Shown here piece after piece: positions 40,115 to 50,445 of a stretch of DNA of 64,000 nucleotides. The notes under the pieces were generated by a model, which searched no databases, had not been told where the DNA came from, and saw nothing but the letters and a program-made list of their open reading frames with translations. Each line of letters opens with the position of its first letter. Within the stretch, counting starts at the first letter, position 1. The position numbers and the translations under genes are program-made. The stretch lies in the sequence record SRR2962707_3481. One strand, 5' to 3'.

Positions 40115-41446
40115 ATGAATACAACTACCTTCGTCAATTGGTTTATTCATCCGGATCGCAAGGTTGATCCGAGGGAGTACAGAAGAACAAGGCTTTTTGT
40201 TCGGGCAAGTTTACTTACCAGCCTGTTTTCAAACTCGTATGTTTGGTTGAGCTGGTATTTTGAATTTAATCTGGCAGTTTATTGGATGATCTTCAATGTG
40301 GTAGGGTTTCTTGTATTGGCCTTACTCGTGAAAACAAGATTACCGCTTTTACTTTTGGGCAATACCTACATTTTTGTTGGTGGAAGTGCAGTCATTGTGC
40401 TTGCATATTATTCTGGTGGTATTTGGTCTGCAGTGTATCCCTGGATCATAAGTATTCCCGTACTTGCCCTACTGGTGGTCAACCGGAAATATGGCATTGT
40501 CTGGTCGATTATTTCTTATTTGGTAATGAACTGGTATGGTGTCCTGGAGCTCAATGGACATGAATTTCCTATTGGGTATAATGCCGAGATGAAGGCGGCC
40601 TGGTTTGTCTCTGTGCTACCCGGACTGCTTCTGATTATTGTGGTTATTTCACTGGTATTTGAATCCACACAAAGTAAAGCGCTGGCAGATCTAGAAGGGA
40701 AAAATGAAGAACTGGAAAGTCAGAAAGAGACCATTGCAGCGCAATCGAAGGAGCTGGAGAAGCTGATCGATGAAAAGGATCATATTATTCGTATCCTGGC
40801 GCACGACTTAAAAAACCCACTTGCCAACATTACAACTATATCTAACATACTGAAAGAAGAAAGGGAAATAGACCAGCAAAAGAAGTTCATTGCGATGATA
40901 GAGCAGGTTTCATCCAAAGCACAGGGTTTGGTAGATAGTGTATTGGATATGGCCATCTCGGAACAAGGAGGTATAAAGTTGAATCTGGAAGATCTAAACC
41001 TGAACGAGGTGATTACACAAGCCATCGAGGAGATGGAAGAACAGTCCAAAAGAAAATCCATCACGATACTAACGGAGGCATATGATTCTCCTTCTATCGT
41101 GCGAGCGGATAGAATGTATTTGGTATTGATTTTCGAAAACCTGATTAGCAATGCTCTCAAGTTTTCTGAGAAAGGCACCAAAATCGAAGTGGAGATCAGA
41201 CATGCTGATAAAAAAGTTCAGGTATTTGTCAAAGACGAGGGTCCCGGCATCAAGCCGGAAGAAGAAAGTCAATTATTCGAAAAGTTTACCAAACTGAGCG
41301 CAAGACCAACCGGAGAAGAGAGCTCAACAGGATTGGGACTTTCATTGGTCAAAAGATATGTGGAGCAGATCAAAGGGAAGGTTTACTACGACAATAAAGC
41401 CTCTAGGGGCGCCACATTTGTGGTTGAGCTTCCTCTGATGTCCTAA
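40115..41446 (+). CDS. Multi-TM sensor histidine kinase
   Basis: About 6 TM helices; LAHDLKNPL, NLISNALKFS, DEGPG, STGLGL. Likely ATG at 40115. Confidence 0.92.
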   Translation: MNTTTFVNWFIHPDRKVDPREYRRTRLFVRASLLTSLFSNSYVWLSWYFEFNLAVYWMIFNVVGFLVLALLVKTRLPLLLLGNTYIFVGGSAVIVLAYYSGGIWSAVYPWIISIPVLALLVVNRKYGIVWSIISYLVMNWYGVLELNGHEFPIGYNAEMKAAWFVSVLPGLLLIIVVISLVFESTQSKALADLEGKNEELESQKETIAAQSKELEKLIDEKDHIIRILAHDLKNPLANITTISNILKEEREIDQQKKFIAMIEQVSSKAQGLVDSVLDMAISEQGGIKLNLEDLNLNEVITQAIEEMEEQSKRKSITILTEAYDSPSIVRADRMYLVLIFENLISNALKFSEKGTKIEVEIRHADKKVQVFVKDEGPGIKPEEESQLFEKFTKLSARPTGEESSTGLGLSLVKRYVEQIKGKVYYDNKASRGATFVVELPLMS

Positions 41447-41471
41447 GAGATAAGAGCATCCTATTTTGTTT

Positions 41472-41498
41472 AAAAGGCCTTTTATGAGGCCTTTTTTT
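41472..41498 (+). terminator. Intrinsic terminator
   Basis: AAAAGGCCT-TTTATG-AGGCCTTTTTTT. Confidence 0.8.
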
Positions 41499-41553
41499 AT
41501 GTGATCACCCAATATGGGTCATTAAGGGACATATCAAAGCTCAATGACCCTCG

Positions 41554-41587
41554 TGAGAAACATCATCATTTCGGCTGTGGTATATCA
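41554..41587 (+). promoter_or_regulatory. Tandem CRP/FNR-like sites upstream of yceI-1
   Basis: TGA-GAAACA-TCA (41554) and TGT-GGTATA-TCA (41576), 22 bp apart; then 23 nt to TAATTTAG (41611). Confidence 0.5.
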
Positions 41588-41644
41588 TATCCTCACTTTG
41601 GAGCCACTTCTAATTTAGCCCCATAAATCAAACACCATTAAGTG

Positions 41645-42175
41645 ATGAAGTACTTATTAATTGCAACGGCTTTGACAGGAATTTTCAGTTTGGGACAAAT
41701 CAAACTGAATACCGAGAAGAGCACCATGCAAGTTACGGGCACCTCCTCATTGCATGACTGGGAGATGGACGTCAATGAATTTAAAGTATCGGGGGTTGTC
41801 TCCGAAAACCAAGTTCAAAACCTCGAGGTGGCGGTCACTGCTAAGTCCATGAAGAGCGGCAAATCCATTATGGATAGCAAAGCCTACGACGCAGTGCAGG
41901 AAGATGATTATCCAATAATCAAATTCTCAGCAAAAACACTGCAGATTAACGGAGATAACATCTCCGGCAAGGGAAGTCTGGTAATAGCCGGAAAATCGCA
42001 AACAATTGATTTTTCTGCTAAGATCATCAGTAGAACCGGCAATGAAATGCAAATAAAAGGGCAGGTGCCAATGAAGCTGACAGACTTTGAGATTGAACCA
42101 CCCACAGCCATGTTTGGCACCCTGAAAACAGGAGATGAGGTGGTCATTAACTACGACATACTTATAACACAATAA
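41645..42175 (+). CDS. YceI-family lipid/polyisoprenoid-binding protein
   Basis: Signal peptide; GTSSLHDW, MKSG..IMD, YPII.F, G.L.IAG, TDFEIEPPTAMFG. Confidence 0.88.
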   Translation: MKYLLIATALTGIFSLGQIKLNTEKSTMQVTGTSSLHDWEMDVNEFKVSGVVSENQVQNLEVAVTAKSMKSGKSIMDSKAYDAVQEDDYPIIKFSAKTLQINGDNISGKGSLVIAGKSQTIDFSAKIISRTGNEMQIKGQVPMKLTDFEIEPPTAMFGTLKTGDEVVINYDILITQ

Positions 42176-42200
42176 TTATTCATTATAAACAACCTGAATC

Positions 42201-43469
42201 ATGAAAACTTCAATATTAAAACAGTTACTAATGGGTGTGATGCTTCTGAGCACAGTAGCTATGTACGCACAGTTCCCTTCAATCCAGTATTACAGATACA
42301 ATGATTATAGAGGGGTAAATGTCTTTGAAACAAGCAAAGAAGACACAGTGAAATGGGAAGGAATCAAAATCCGTGTGGGTGGTGATTTCGCTATGCAATT
42401 CCAGGGAATTTCTCATTCAAATGATGGAATAGCAAGAGGTGCTGCGGATGATTTGATAGAATTGGCCAACAATTTCTCTCTACCTACTGCCAACCTGAAC
42501 TTTGATGTTCAGCTTGCTGACGGTGTGAGAATGCACTTGCGAACTTATCTTTCTTCCAGACACCATACTGAATCTTATGTAAAGGGAGGATATCTCCAAA
42601 TCGATAAATTGGATTTCATCAGCCCCGGATTTTTAGGTGGATTCATGGAAATAGCGACTATCCAAATTGGTATGGATGAGATCAACTATGGTGATACACA
42701 CTTCAGAAGATCTGATAATGCCAGAGCGATCTACAACCCATTTGTAGGTAACTACATCATGGATTCTTTTACCACTGAGCCACACATGGAAGTAACCATC
42801 CAGAAAAATGGCATCATAGGTATGATTGGTCTATCTAACGGACGTTTGAATCAAAGCCCTGAAAAAGGTGATGATGGTAGAGTATTCTATGCGAAGTTGG
42901 GATATGACAAGCAAATGAACGACGATCTTCGTCTACGTTTGACAGGATCATACTATAGCAGTTCTGATAAAGGAACACGTGACTACATCTACAATGGTGA
43001 TAGAGCTGGAGGTCGTTACTACAGTGTAATTGAAGGTCTGAATGGTGGCAGTGATTTCAGTGGTCGATTCAACCCTGGATTTGCTTATCACAATGCGTTC
43101 CAACTCAACCCATTCGTGAAATATTCTGGACTTGAGTTCTTCGGTGTATTTGAAAAATCTACAAATGGTGATGATGCTGTAGGTGGTGATTTCACTCAGA
43201 CTGGTGCTGAAATCTTGTACAGATTCGGAAGCAGCGAAAAAGTATACATCGGTGGACGCTACAATGCAGTTACAGGTAAATCTGCAGATGGAGCAGGCAC
43301 CAGAGATATCAAAAGAACCAACTTTGGATTTGGCTGGTTCATGACCAACAACATTCTAATGAAAACAGAGTACGTAAGCCAGAAATACGAAGGAGATGGA
43401 TGGAATACGACTGTATATCAGGGAGGTGAATTCGACGGATTCGTGATAGAAGCTGTTATTGGATTCTAA
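42201..43469 (+). CDS. Putative outer-membrane beta-barrel (porin-like) protein
   Basis: Signal peptide (..MYA-Q), alternating Gly/aromatic strands, C-terminal FVIEAVIGF beta-signal. Confidence 0.72.
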   Translation: MKTSILKQLLMGVMLLSTVAMYAQFPSIQYYRYNDYRGVNVFETSKEDTVKWEGIKIRVGGDFAMQFQGISHSNDGIARGAADDLIELANNFSLPTANLNFDVQLADGVRMHLRTYLSSRHHTESYVKGGYLQIDKLDFISPGFLGGFMEIATIQIGMDEINYGDTHFRRSDNARAIYNPFVGNYIMDSFTTEPHMEVTIQKNGIIGMIGLSNGRLNQSPEKGDDGRVFYAKLGYDKQMNDDLRLRLTGSYYSSSDKGTRDYIYNGDRAGGRYYSVIEGLNGGSDFSGRFNPGFAYHNAFQLNPFVKYSGLEFFGVFEKSTNGDDAVGGDFTQTGAEILYRFGSSEKVYIGGRYNAVTGKSADGAGTRDIKRTNFGFGWFMTNNILMKTEYVSQKYEGDGWNTTVYQGGEFDGFVIEAVIGF

Positions 43470-43489
43470 CACCTCACTTAATGGATGAG

Positions 43490-43516
43490 AAAGCCACCCG
43501 GTAGGGTGGCTTTTCT
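43490..43516. terminator. Terminator between convergent genes
   Basis: AAAGCCACCC-GGTA-GGGTGGCTTTT. Confidence 0.8.
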
Positions 43517-43520
43517 TGTT

Positions 43521-44135
43521 TTATATCGTTGATACCTCCATCCCAATCTCAAATTCAATCGAGATGTCATCGGTCACTTTGATCATTCCGAACAGCTTGG
43601 TGGGTGGTTCAATACCGAAATCCGTCATCAGGAGATCTTTGTTGCCTTTCAATGTCATGTTTGCTGATGAATGGTTGTACACTTTTCCACCTTGTACCTG
43701 AATCTTCTTGCGAACACCAGCAAGTAATATCTCCACTTCAGCATCCACATCCAGCTCTTCAAATGCATCGTTTCCTTTATGAAGTGTGATGGAGTTTAGG
43801 TAGAGGTAGAGATATGGTTCTTCATCAGCTTTCAGCAATTCCTGGAAGTCTTTGTTCATGGCATGAATCCCGCATTCAAAATCTTTCACCCGGTAGACCA
43901 GTTTCAAGCCTTCAAATTCAAGTTTGCTATTGGCCCAGATGTTCTTAACCACAATGGAATCATTGAGTGCTGGCTGATCCATGCTGCACTGGAATTTGTT
44001 CACATTGGTTTCGCCATTGATGGTGATGGCGCTTGATGTGATCTTAACCTTATGATAATTGGTGATATCCGCCTGCGCTTCAGCCTGCAAATACAGCAGA
44101 AGAATCCCCAGGAATGCTATTCCTTTCAATTTCAT
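43521..44135 (-). CDS. YceI-family protein (second)
   Basis: GETNVNKF.C, FECG..AMN.DF..LLKA, LAG, MTDFGIEPPTKLFG. Confidence 0.8.
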   Translation of the reverse strand: MKLKGIAFLGILLLYLQAEAQADITNYHKVKITSSAITINGETNVNKFQCSMDQPALNDSIVVKNIWANSKLEFEGLKLVYRVKDFECGIHAMNKDFQELLKADEEPYLYLYLNSITLHKGNDAFEELDVDAEVEILLAGVRKKIQVQGGKVYNHSSANMTLKGNKDLLMTDFGIEPPTKLFGMIKVTDDISIEFEIGMEVSTI

Positions 44136-44210
44136 GACTTAATGATAGACAAAGTGAATGAATGGGCAATGACCTTGCCAATTCGAGTGCAATCAAATCA
44201 ATTGTTTTTG

Positions 44211-45896
44211 CTAGAACAATCCTGAAATGTTTCCATCGTCATCTATGTCGATGTTTTCGGCAGCAGGAACAACAGGTAATCCGGGCATTCTCAGCATCTT
44301 TCCAGTAATCGGAATAATGAACCCGGCTCCAGCCGCAATTTCCACTTCCCTGATGGTCAGTGTAAAGTTGGTTGGACGACCATAGGAGGCTGCATTATCT
44401 GAAAAGGAATTCTGTGTTTTCGCAATACAGACAGGAAAATCTTCAAACCCAAGCTGATTAACCCTCTTCAGGATGGAATTTGCAGCATCTGTGTATACAA
44501 TGTTTGTTGCTCCATAAATGCGCTCTGCAACTGCCTTGATTTTATCCTTGATTGGATCTTCAAGCGAATAAGTTGGTTTAAAGGTAGTCGCACAACTAGC
44601 AGCAGCTTTTACTACTTTATGAGCTAGCTCTGCCATCCCTTTTCCGCCGTTCTTCCATCCATCTGCATAGGCAATGTCTACATTCAGCTCTTTACAGCGG
44701 TCAATGATGCATTGCATCTCTTCCTCCGTATCCGCCACAAACTTATTGATCGCAACCAACACCGGAACATTAAATGATTTGATGTTTTCGATGTGTTTTT
44801 CAAGATTTTCAAGCCCAGCTTTTACTGCATCGGGATTGGGTGTAGTAAGTTGATCTTTACTCACGCCACCATGGTATTTGAGTGCCCGAACGGTGGCTAC
44901 CAGGACAACTGCTTTTGGACTGATACCTCCGGCCCTGCATTTAATATTGAAGAATTTTTCGGCTCCCAGGTCTGCACCAAACCCAGCCTCGGTTACTACA
45001 TATTCTGAAAGTGAAAGTCCCGTTTTCGTGGCAATCAATGAGTTGGTACCCTGAGCGATGTTTGCAAATGGACCACCGTGGATAATCGCTGGGTTTCCTT
45101 CCAGTGTTTGAACAAGATTTGGCTTGATGGCATCTTTCAGTAGAGCAGCCATAGCACCTGAAGCATTCAGGTCTTTAGCGAAAATTGCTTCCCCACTAAA
45201 GGTATCACCAATGTAGATGTTGCCAATGCGTTCTTTGAGGTCTGCCAGGTCTTTGGCCAGGCACAGAATGGCCATGATCTCCGATGCTGCGGTAATGTTG
45301 AACCCTGACTCAGTCAGAAATCCACCTTGCTTGCCTCCCAAACCAGTCACAATATGCCGCAATGAACGATCATTCATGTCCATAGCCCATCGCCACTTCA
45401 CGGTTCTTGGATCTATCCCTAGATTTCTTTTTCTGCCGTAAATGTTGTTATTGATCAGTGCAGAGAGGAGGTTATTTGCCTTTTCAATGGCCGCAAAATC
45501 CCCGTTGAAATGTAAGTTGATGTCTTCCATTGGGATAAGTTGAGAATAGCCACCCCCGGTAGCGCCTCCTTTGATCCCGAATACAGGCCCCAAAGAAGGT
45601 TCTCGCAATACTGCGATAGCTTGCTTCCCGATGTGGTTTAATCCATCTACCAGTCCAACAGAAACGGTAGACTTGCCTTCTCCGGCTGGTGTCGGAGTGA
45701 TGGCTGTGACCAGGATCATGTTGTTTTGCTTGATTTTGGACCCGTCCATATAGGTCAATGGAATCTTCGCCTTGTACTTTCCATATGGTTCTATGTCATC
45801 TATGGAAAGATTCAGTTTCTGGGCAATTTCAGCGATAGGTCTTAGGGTAGCTGACTGGGCAATTTTCAGGTCTGGGTTCACCTCGGTTGTATTCAT
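44211..45896 (-). CDS. fhs: Formate--tetrahydrofolate ligase
   Basis: TPTPAGEGKST, REPSLGP, KGGATGGGY, HGGPFANIA, TEAGFGADLG, AKTQ, MPGLP. Likely ATG at 45896; the ORF track uses TTG 45905. Confidence 0.97.
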   Translation of the reverse strand: MNTTEVNPDLKIAQSATLRPIAEIAQKLNLSIDDIEPYGKYKAKIPLTYMDGSKIKQNNMILVTAITPTPAGEGKSTVSVGLVDGLNHIGKQAIAVLREPSLGPVFGIKGGATGGGYSQLIPMEDINLHFNGDFAAIEKANNLLSALINNNIYGRKRNLGIDPRTVKWRWAMDMNDRSLRHIVTGLGGKQGGFLTESGFNITAASEIMAILCLAKDLADLKERIGNIYIGDTFSGEAIFAKDLNASGAMAALLKDAIKPNLVQTLEGNPAIIHGGPFANIAQGTNSLIATKTGLSLSEYVVTEAGFGADLGAEKFFNIKCRAGGISPKAVVLVATVRALKYHGGVSKDQLTTPNPDAVKAGLENLEKHIENIKSFNVPVLVAINKFVADTEEEMQCIIDRCKELNVDIAYADGWKNGGKGMAELAHKVVKAAASCATTFKPTYSLEDPIKDKIKAVAERIYGATNIVYTDAANSILKRVNQLGFEDFPVCIAKTQNSFSDNAASYGRPTNFTLTIREVEIAAGAGFIIPITGKMLRMPGLPVVPAAENIDIDDDGNISGLF

Positions 45897-45954
45897 AAGG
45901 GGCAAATTATGTTGTTTGAGTGCGCAAAATAGATTTCATCAATACATCTATCCA

Positions 45955-45966
45955 TGACATTCATCA
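45955..45966 (-). promoter_or_regulatory. CRP/FNR-like site upstream of fhs
   Basis: TGA-CATTCA-TCA; 23 nt from minus-strand TATTTTGC (45931-45924). Confidence 0.55.
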
Positions 45967-46078
45967 GGGAGTCGCAAGTTTAATGTTACCCATTTGCACT
46001 TTAATATTAACAGAGAATTCGGAAACGCACCTTGAACTTGACTTCTTTCTGGACTATCTTCATTGACCATTAAGAACT

Positions 46079-47998
46079 ATGCGATTTTACCTCCAATTAG
46101 CACTTCTATGTTCCATTTTAATTCAATTGAAAGGTCAAACAGTTGAGAGGGAAAAACTATTAACCGCATACACCTATTCATTTGCCAAGAACATTCAATG
46201 GCCTGGTGAAAAGAGTGCATATAAAATACACGTGATCACCAGCGACGAGGCTCTTACTCAGGAATTTCAATTCCTAAGCAATACAAGAAAACTTAATGAT
46301 AAACCCATTGAAACGACATTCTCTTCTTCACCCATCGTTCCCAATGGGATGGATATCGTGTTTGTTGGTGCCGAGTTCAACATGGCCACCCGTTCCATCA
46401 TGAATCAGGTTAAGGGAAATCCAACCTTGATCATCACAGATGGATTTGATGACAATCGATTCATCATGATCAATTTTCTCCAGTCGGATCCCCAGACCTT
46501 GAGTTTTGAGATTAACCGTGCGAACATTATCAATCAGGGACTTGGTATCCTTGCTGATATGGTATTGCTAGGTGGAGATGAAGTGGATGTAGCCAGACTT
46601 TATCGTCAGGCTCAGGATTCGCTAGTTTCTATGGAAAATAGAATTCTACGACTTCAGGGGAGTTTTGATTCCTTGTCAAAGAATGTGAACGCTTCCAGAA
46701 GGTTGATTCAGGATCAAACAAGGCTGATAGAACAGCAAACAAGGGACATAGAAGAGAAACAATCTTTTGCTCAGCAACAACAAGGTTTTCTTGATAGCCT
46801 GGTCAATGAATTTGATAGCTCAGAAGGTCGGCTTGATAGTTTGAAAGCCTATCTGAATACCGTCAGAGCTGAACTCGATAAGGTAGAGACAGAGTTACAA
46901 ACACAGGAAGAAAGTGTTTTGAAGGGTGATGAAATTCTTGAGGCCCAGAGTCTGCTGATGGATCAAAGAGAACAGGAAATCATCAATCGGGAATCTGAAT
47001 TACAAGAAATGGAAACGGTGGTGATTTCCCAAAAGAACACCTTATTATTCCTATTTATCTTCTCAGTAATCCTCATATTATTTTCCATTGTGACCTATCG
47101 TGCCTATTCAGGTAGAAGAAAAGCTGCCATAAAACTAGCTGAGCAGAAAGAAGAACTAAGTGCCTTGCTGGAAGAGCTAAGAGATACACAATCTCAGCTC
47201 GTACAATCTGAAAAGATGGCTTCACTCGGGGTGTTGATTGCAGGGATTGCGCATGAAATCAACAATGCAATCAATTTCGTTTATTCCGGCATTCATATCA
47301 TCAAAGCGAAGTTTGCTGAATTGAGCCCAATTATCCAACAGGTGAAAAAGCTGAAAGAGGACGGAAAGGATCAGGATGAGATTGTCAAAAAGATCGTTGT
47401 ACTTAAAAAGGAACTGGATTATAAAGGGTCACAAAAATTGATTGTAAACATGATAAAGAATGTTCAGGTTGGTGCCGAGCGCACGACTGAAATAGTAAAA
47501 GGCTTACGGACATTCTCCAAATCAGAGACGGAAGAGATCAGCAAAGTAGACATCCATGAGGACATTGAGGTGGCTTTACTACTACTGGAAAGTAAGCACA
47601 AAAACCTTATTACCATCGAGAAGAAGTATGGAGAAAATATTCCTGAGATCGATGGTTATCAGGGACAACTCGGGCAAGCTTTTATGAACTTGATTGGTAA
47701 TGCCATTGATGCATTGAATGAGAAAGGTGGGAAAGGAAAAATCACCATACGGACGAAAAGGAAGAAGGAAGAAGTTGAGATTTCTGTAAAGGACAATGGC
47801 ACTGGGATAAAAGAGGAAGTGATTGACAAGATTTTCGATCCATTTTTCACCACCAAGGGAATAGGGACCGGAACAGGCCTGGGCTTATCCATTACCTATG
47901 GAATTATAGAGAAACATCATGGGACCATTCGGGTTAACTCAACCTTGGGTAAGGGAACCGAATTCATCATGGAATTACCAATTAAGGGGATTAATTGA
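46079..47998 (+). CDS. YfiR/HmsC(DUF4154)-like domain + coiled-coil stalk + TM sensor histidine kinase (paralogue 2)
   Basis: Collinear with 35639..37555 ([39 protein letters not shown]); 639 vs 638 aa. Confidence 0.85.
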   Translation: MRFYLQLALLCSILIQLKGQTVEREKLLTAYTYSFAKNIQWPGEKSAYKIHVITSDEALTQEFQFLSNTRKLNDKPIETTFSSSPIVPNGMDIVFVGAEFNMATRSIMNQVKGNPTLIITDGFDDNRFIMINFLQSDPQTLSFEINRANIINQGLGILADMVLLGGDEVDVARLYRQAQDSLVSMENRILRLQGSFDSLSKNVNASRRLIQDQTRLIEQQTRDIEEKQSFAQQQQGFLDSLVNEFDSSEGRLDSLKAYLNTVRAELDKVETELQTQEESVLKGDEILEAQSLLMDQREQEIINRESELQEMETVVISQKNTLLFLFIFSVILILFSIVTYRAYSGRRKAAIKLAEQKEELSALLEELRDTQSQLVQSEKMASLGVLIAGIAHEINNAINFVYSGIHIIKAKFAELSPIIQQVKKLKEDGKDQDEIVKKIVVLKKELDYKGSQKLIVNMIKNVQVGAERTTEIVKGLRTFSKSETEEISKVDIHEDIEVALLLLESKHKNLITIEKKYGENIPEIDGYQGQLGQAFMNLIGNAIDALNEKGGKGKITIRTKRKKEEVEISVKDNGTGIKEEVIDKIFDPFFTTKGIGTGTGLGLSITYGIIEKHHGTIRVNSTLGKGTEFIMELPIKGIN

Positions 47999-50312
47999 AG
48001 CTAAATCTTAGCCCCATCGAGATTCGAAGAGGATTTTGTGGAGCACCTTCCCTGAATTCAGCTTGAGCTGAGCCTCCAGAAAAATTACCCCTGATTCCAG
48101 TACCAATATTTACATTTCGATAACGTTGATCAAGAAGGTTTCTGGCTGCTAAGGTGGCGGTAAATTGGTTGCTTATTTGAAAACTTAGATTGGCATTGAT
48201 AAGCACATAGCCGTCGATCTCCTCATATTCCGAATCATCGTCAAGAAGGTTATTGCTGTTCGCATCTTTCACCGCATCAATAGCAAATGCATGTTGTTTT
48301 CCTATTACCATGCACCGAATGCTTGAAGTGAATTTTCCTGTTCTGAGCGTCCCTCCAAATTTCAACTGGTGAGGAGCTACGCCAGGCAGATTTCGTTCCA
48401 CTGCAGGCCCCTCTTCATCCACGTCATTGGTTCCATCCACATAACTATAAGAAACATAGAAGTCTGCATTTAGCTGACCTGTTCTAAGCAGATAGTTCAT
48501 CAAAATGGTACCTCCGTAGATTTTTGATTCCCCCAGATTGTCATTGATCTGAATTTCATCAATGCTAATGGTCTGTCCCCCGATATCGTAGGTGAATCCC
48601 GGATAGATGGAAGAAATCCTTGCTGGATGGATCTGGCTTGAAATGGGGCTGATCAGGTTGGTGACATTGGAATAATAGGATGACAGATCGAGACTAAAGT
48701 TTCTGGTAAAAAAGTATTTGACTCCCAATTCCCAGGTAGAGATAGTTTGCGGTTCCAGTTGGGTATTTGGAAGCTGATAAAAATTGGAGAAATAGCTATT
48801 TCCTCCATCATTGGTTTCCACAATCCCGTAACGATCGTAGATGTTTTGAGGAGATGGAGCTAAGAAGGCAGTACCAAACAATGCCTTGGCCACCAATCCA
48901 CTTTCACTTGTGTAAACTGCACCAATCCGAGGATTGATGGTCAGATCATACCGCTGATCTTTGTCCAAACGGGTACCAACCGTAAAATTCCATTCATTGG
49001 CTGGAGTAATGTTTAGTTCTAACAAACCACCGGTTGAGCTATATTCAGTTTCTATCAATTCACCAGGGATTCCATTTGGGTTATTGACTGCCTGGCTATT
49101 GATGATGATCGCTTGCGATAGATTGTCGTTTTTAACCGGCTCGGTCAGGTCGTTGCTTCTTGGAATGGAATGATAACGCTCGGTGGTAATGCCAGAAGTC
49201 AACCGTACACTATTGGAAAACACGTATGTGAATAGCTGCTCTACTTTGAATTTCCAGCTTCTTCCATACAAATAGGCTGGTTCCATCAATGTAAAAACGT
49301 TGCGAAAATTTGATAATGGATCCAACTGATAGGTGCTATAGGTGACCTGGGAGTTAGAAATCCATTTGCTTGATTCTTTATAAAATTTCAAAGTGGTCAT
49401 GCTCACATTGTGGCCAAAGAATTGATCCTCATTATATACCGAATTTTGTGGATCATTGGCCGCAGAGGAGGGACTATGCCCGTGGTTTCTGAAGTGTGTC
49501 AGGCTAAAATCCTGGTATCGCAACCTGGTAAAGAAAGCAGAAGCATCCAATGGAAATCCTGCCTCCGGATCTACCGGGGTGTTTGGCGTAATGGTACCTA
49601 GTATCGTATTGAATGAACCAGTCTGAAGTGACTGATCTCTGCCAACATAGGAGTCGTAAAAGTCTGCCAGGTCGGGCTGCTGATCTTTGAAGTAGTTGGC
49701 TCCAACCATGACTTCAATGCCAGATTCAAGCTGAGTAGAAAGCAGTAAATTCACATTCACAGCATTGTACTGGCTACCCGAAATGGATCCTGCAAGATTT
49801 CCATTTTTGTTGGTGTCTTTGGTGATCAGGTTAATCACTCCAACAAATGCATCGGCACCATATAATGCACTCACCGGACCATAAACAATCTCTACCTGCT
49901 TCACAAAATACAAAGGATAATTCTCCATGATCGGGATGATTTCATTTGTCGGTGATGAAATTCGAATCCCATCCAAGAGAATGATAAATTTGTCTGCATA
50001 CCTGACCCCACGCATCGTGATGTCATTGAACCATCGTGGATCCACAGCTCTGTCCACTTTGACATCAGGCAAATCTTCCAACAGATCAACCAGACTTAAA
50101 TACCCTCGTTCTTCAATTTGAGATTGTGTGATGACCATCACGTTGGCACTAGCTTGAGCAGCCACCTCCGTTGAGATTCGTTTGGAGGAGGAGACCGAAA
50201 TCTTACTCAATTCCTCCAGTGATAGATCGTAAAGGTTAGTGCGAACGGAATCCTGTGCATAAGTGAATGCACCCAGCATGAACAAAGCGACAGTAAGCTG
50301 GTTCTTGAGCAT
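47991..50312 (-). CDS. TonB-dependent outer-membrane receptor
   Basis: Signal peptide; LYDLSLEELSKISVS; plug motifs ITMRG, ILLDG, VEIVYGPVSALYGADAFVGVINLITK; NLLDQRY; C-terminal aromatic residue. Confidence 0.92.
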   Translation of the reverse strand: MLKNQLTVALFMLGAFTYAQDSVRTNLYDLSLEELSKISVSSSKRISTEVAAQASANVMVITQSQIEERGYLSLVDLLEDLPDVKVDRAVDPRWFNDITMRGVRYADKFIILLDGIRISSPTNEIIPIMENYPLYFVKQVEIVYGPVSALYGADAFVGVINLITKDTNKNGNLAGSISGSQYNAVNVNLLLSTQLESGIEVMVGANYFKDQQPDLADFYDSYVGRDQSLQTGSFNTILGTITPNTPVDPEAGFPLDASAFFTRLRYQDFSLTHFRNHGHSPSSAANDPQNSVYNEDQFFGHNVSMTTLKFYKESSKWISNSQVTYSTYQLDPLSNFRNVFTLMEPAYLYGRSWKFKVEQLFTYVFSNSVRLTSGITTERYHSIPRSNDLTEPVKNDNLSQAIIINSQAVNNPNGIPGELIETEYSSTGGLLELNITPANEWNFTVGTRLDKDQRYDLTINPRIGAVYTSESGLVAKALFGTAFLAPSPQNIYDRYGIVETNDGGNSYFSNFYQLPNTQLEPQTISTWELGVKYFFTRNFSLDLSSYYSNVTNLISPISSQIHPARISSIYPGFTYDIGGQTISIDEIQINDNLGESKIYGGTILMNYLLRTGQLNADFYVSYSYVDGTNDVDEEGPAVERNLPGVAPHQLKFGGTLRTGKFTSSIRCMVIGKQHAFAIDAVKDANSNNLLDDDSEYEEIDGYVLINANLSFQISNQFTATLAARNLLDQRYRNVNIGTGIRGNFSGGSAQAEFREGAPQNPLRISMGLRFSFN

Positions 50313-50445
50313 AATTAGTGGTTCAGTTGCTTACTAAAGTTAGTGAATAAAAGTTTATAGTTCCGTGATGGCTTTTTCAATACATAACATTAATTGTCAT
50401 ATTATTTTTTATTTGGATAATTGTCAATTCCATTAAGTTTAGGAA

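Noticed and set aside
41516-41550. Inverted repeat GGGTCATT-N19-AATGACCC
   Set aside because: 8-bp arms, long spacer, single occurrence, no supporting context.
44136-44210. TGA-N6-TCA site for the second yceI
   Set aside because: No match at the 23-nt spacing; the gene may instead be co-transcribed with fhs.
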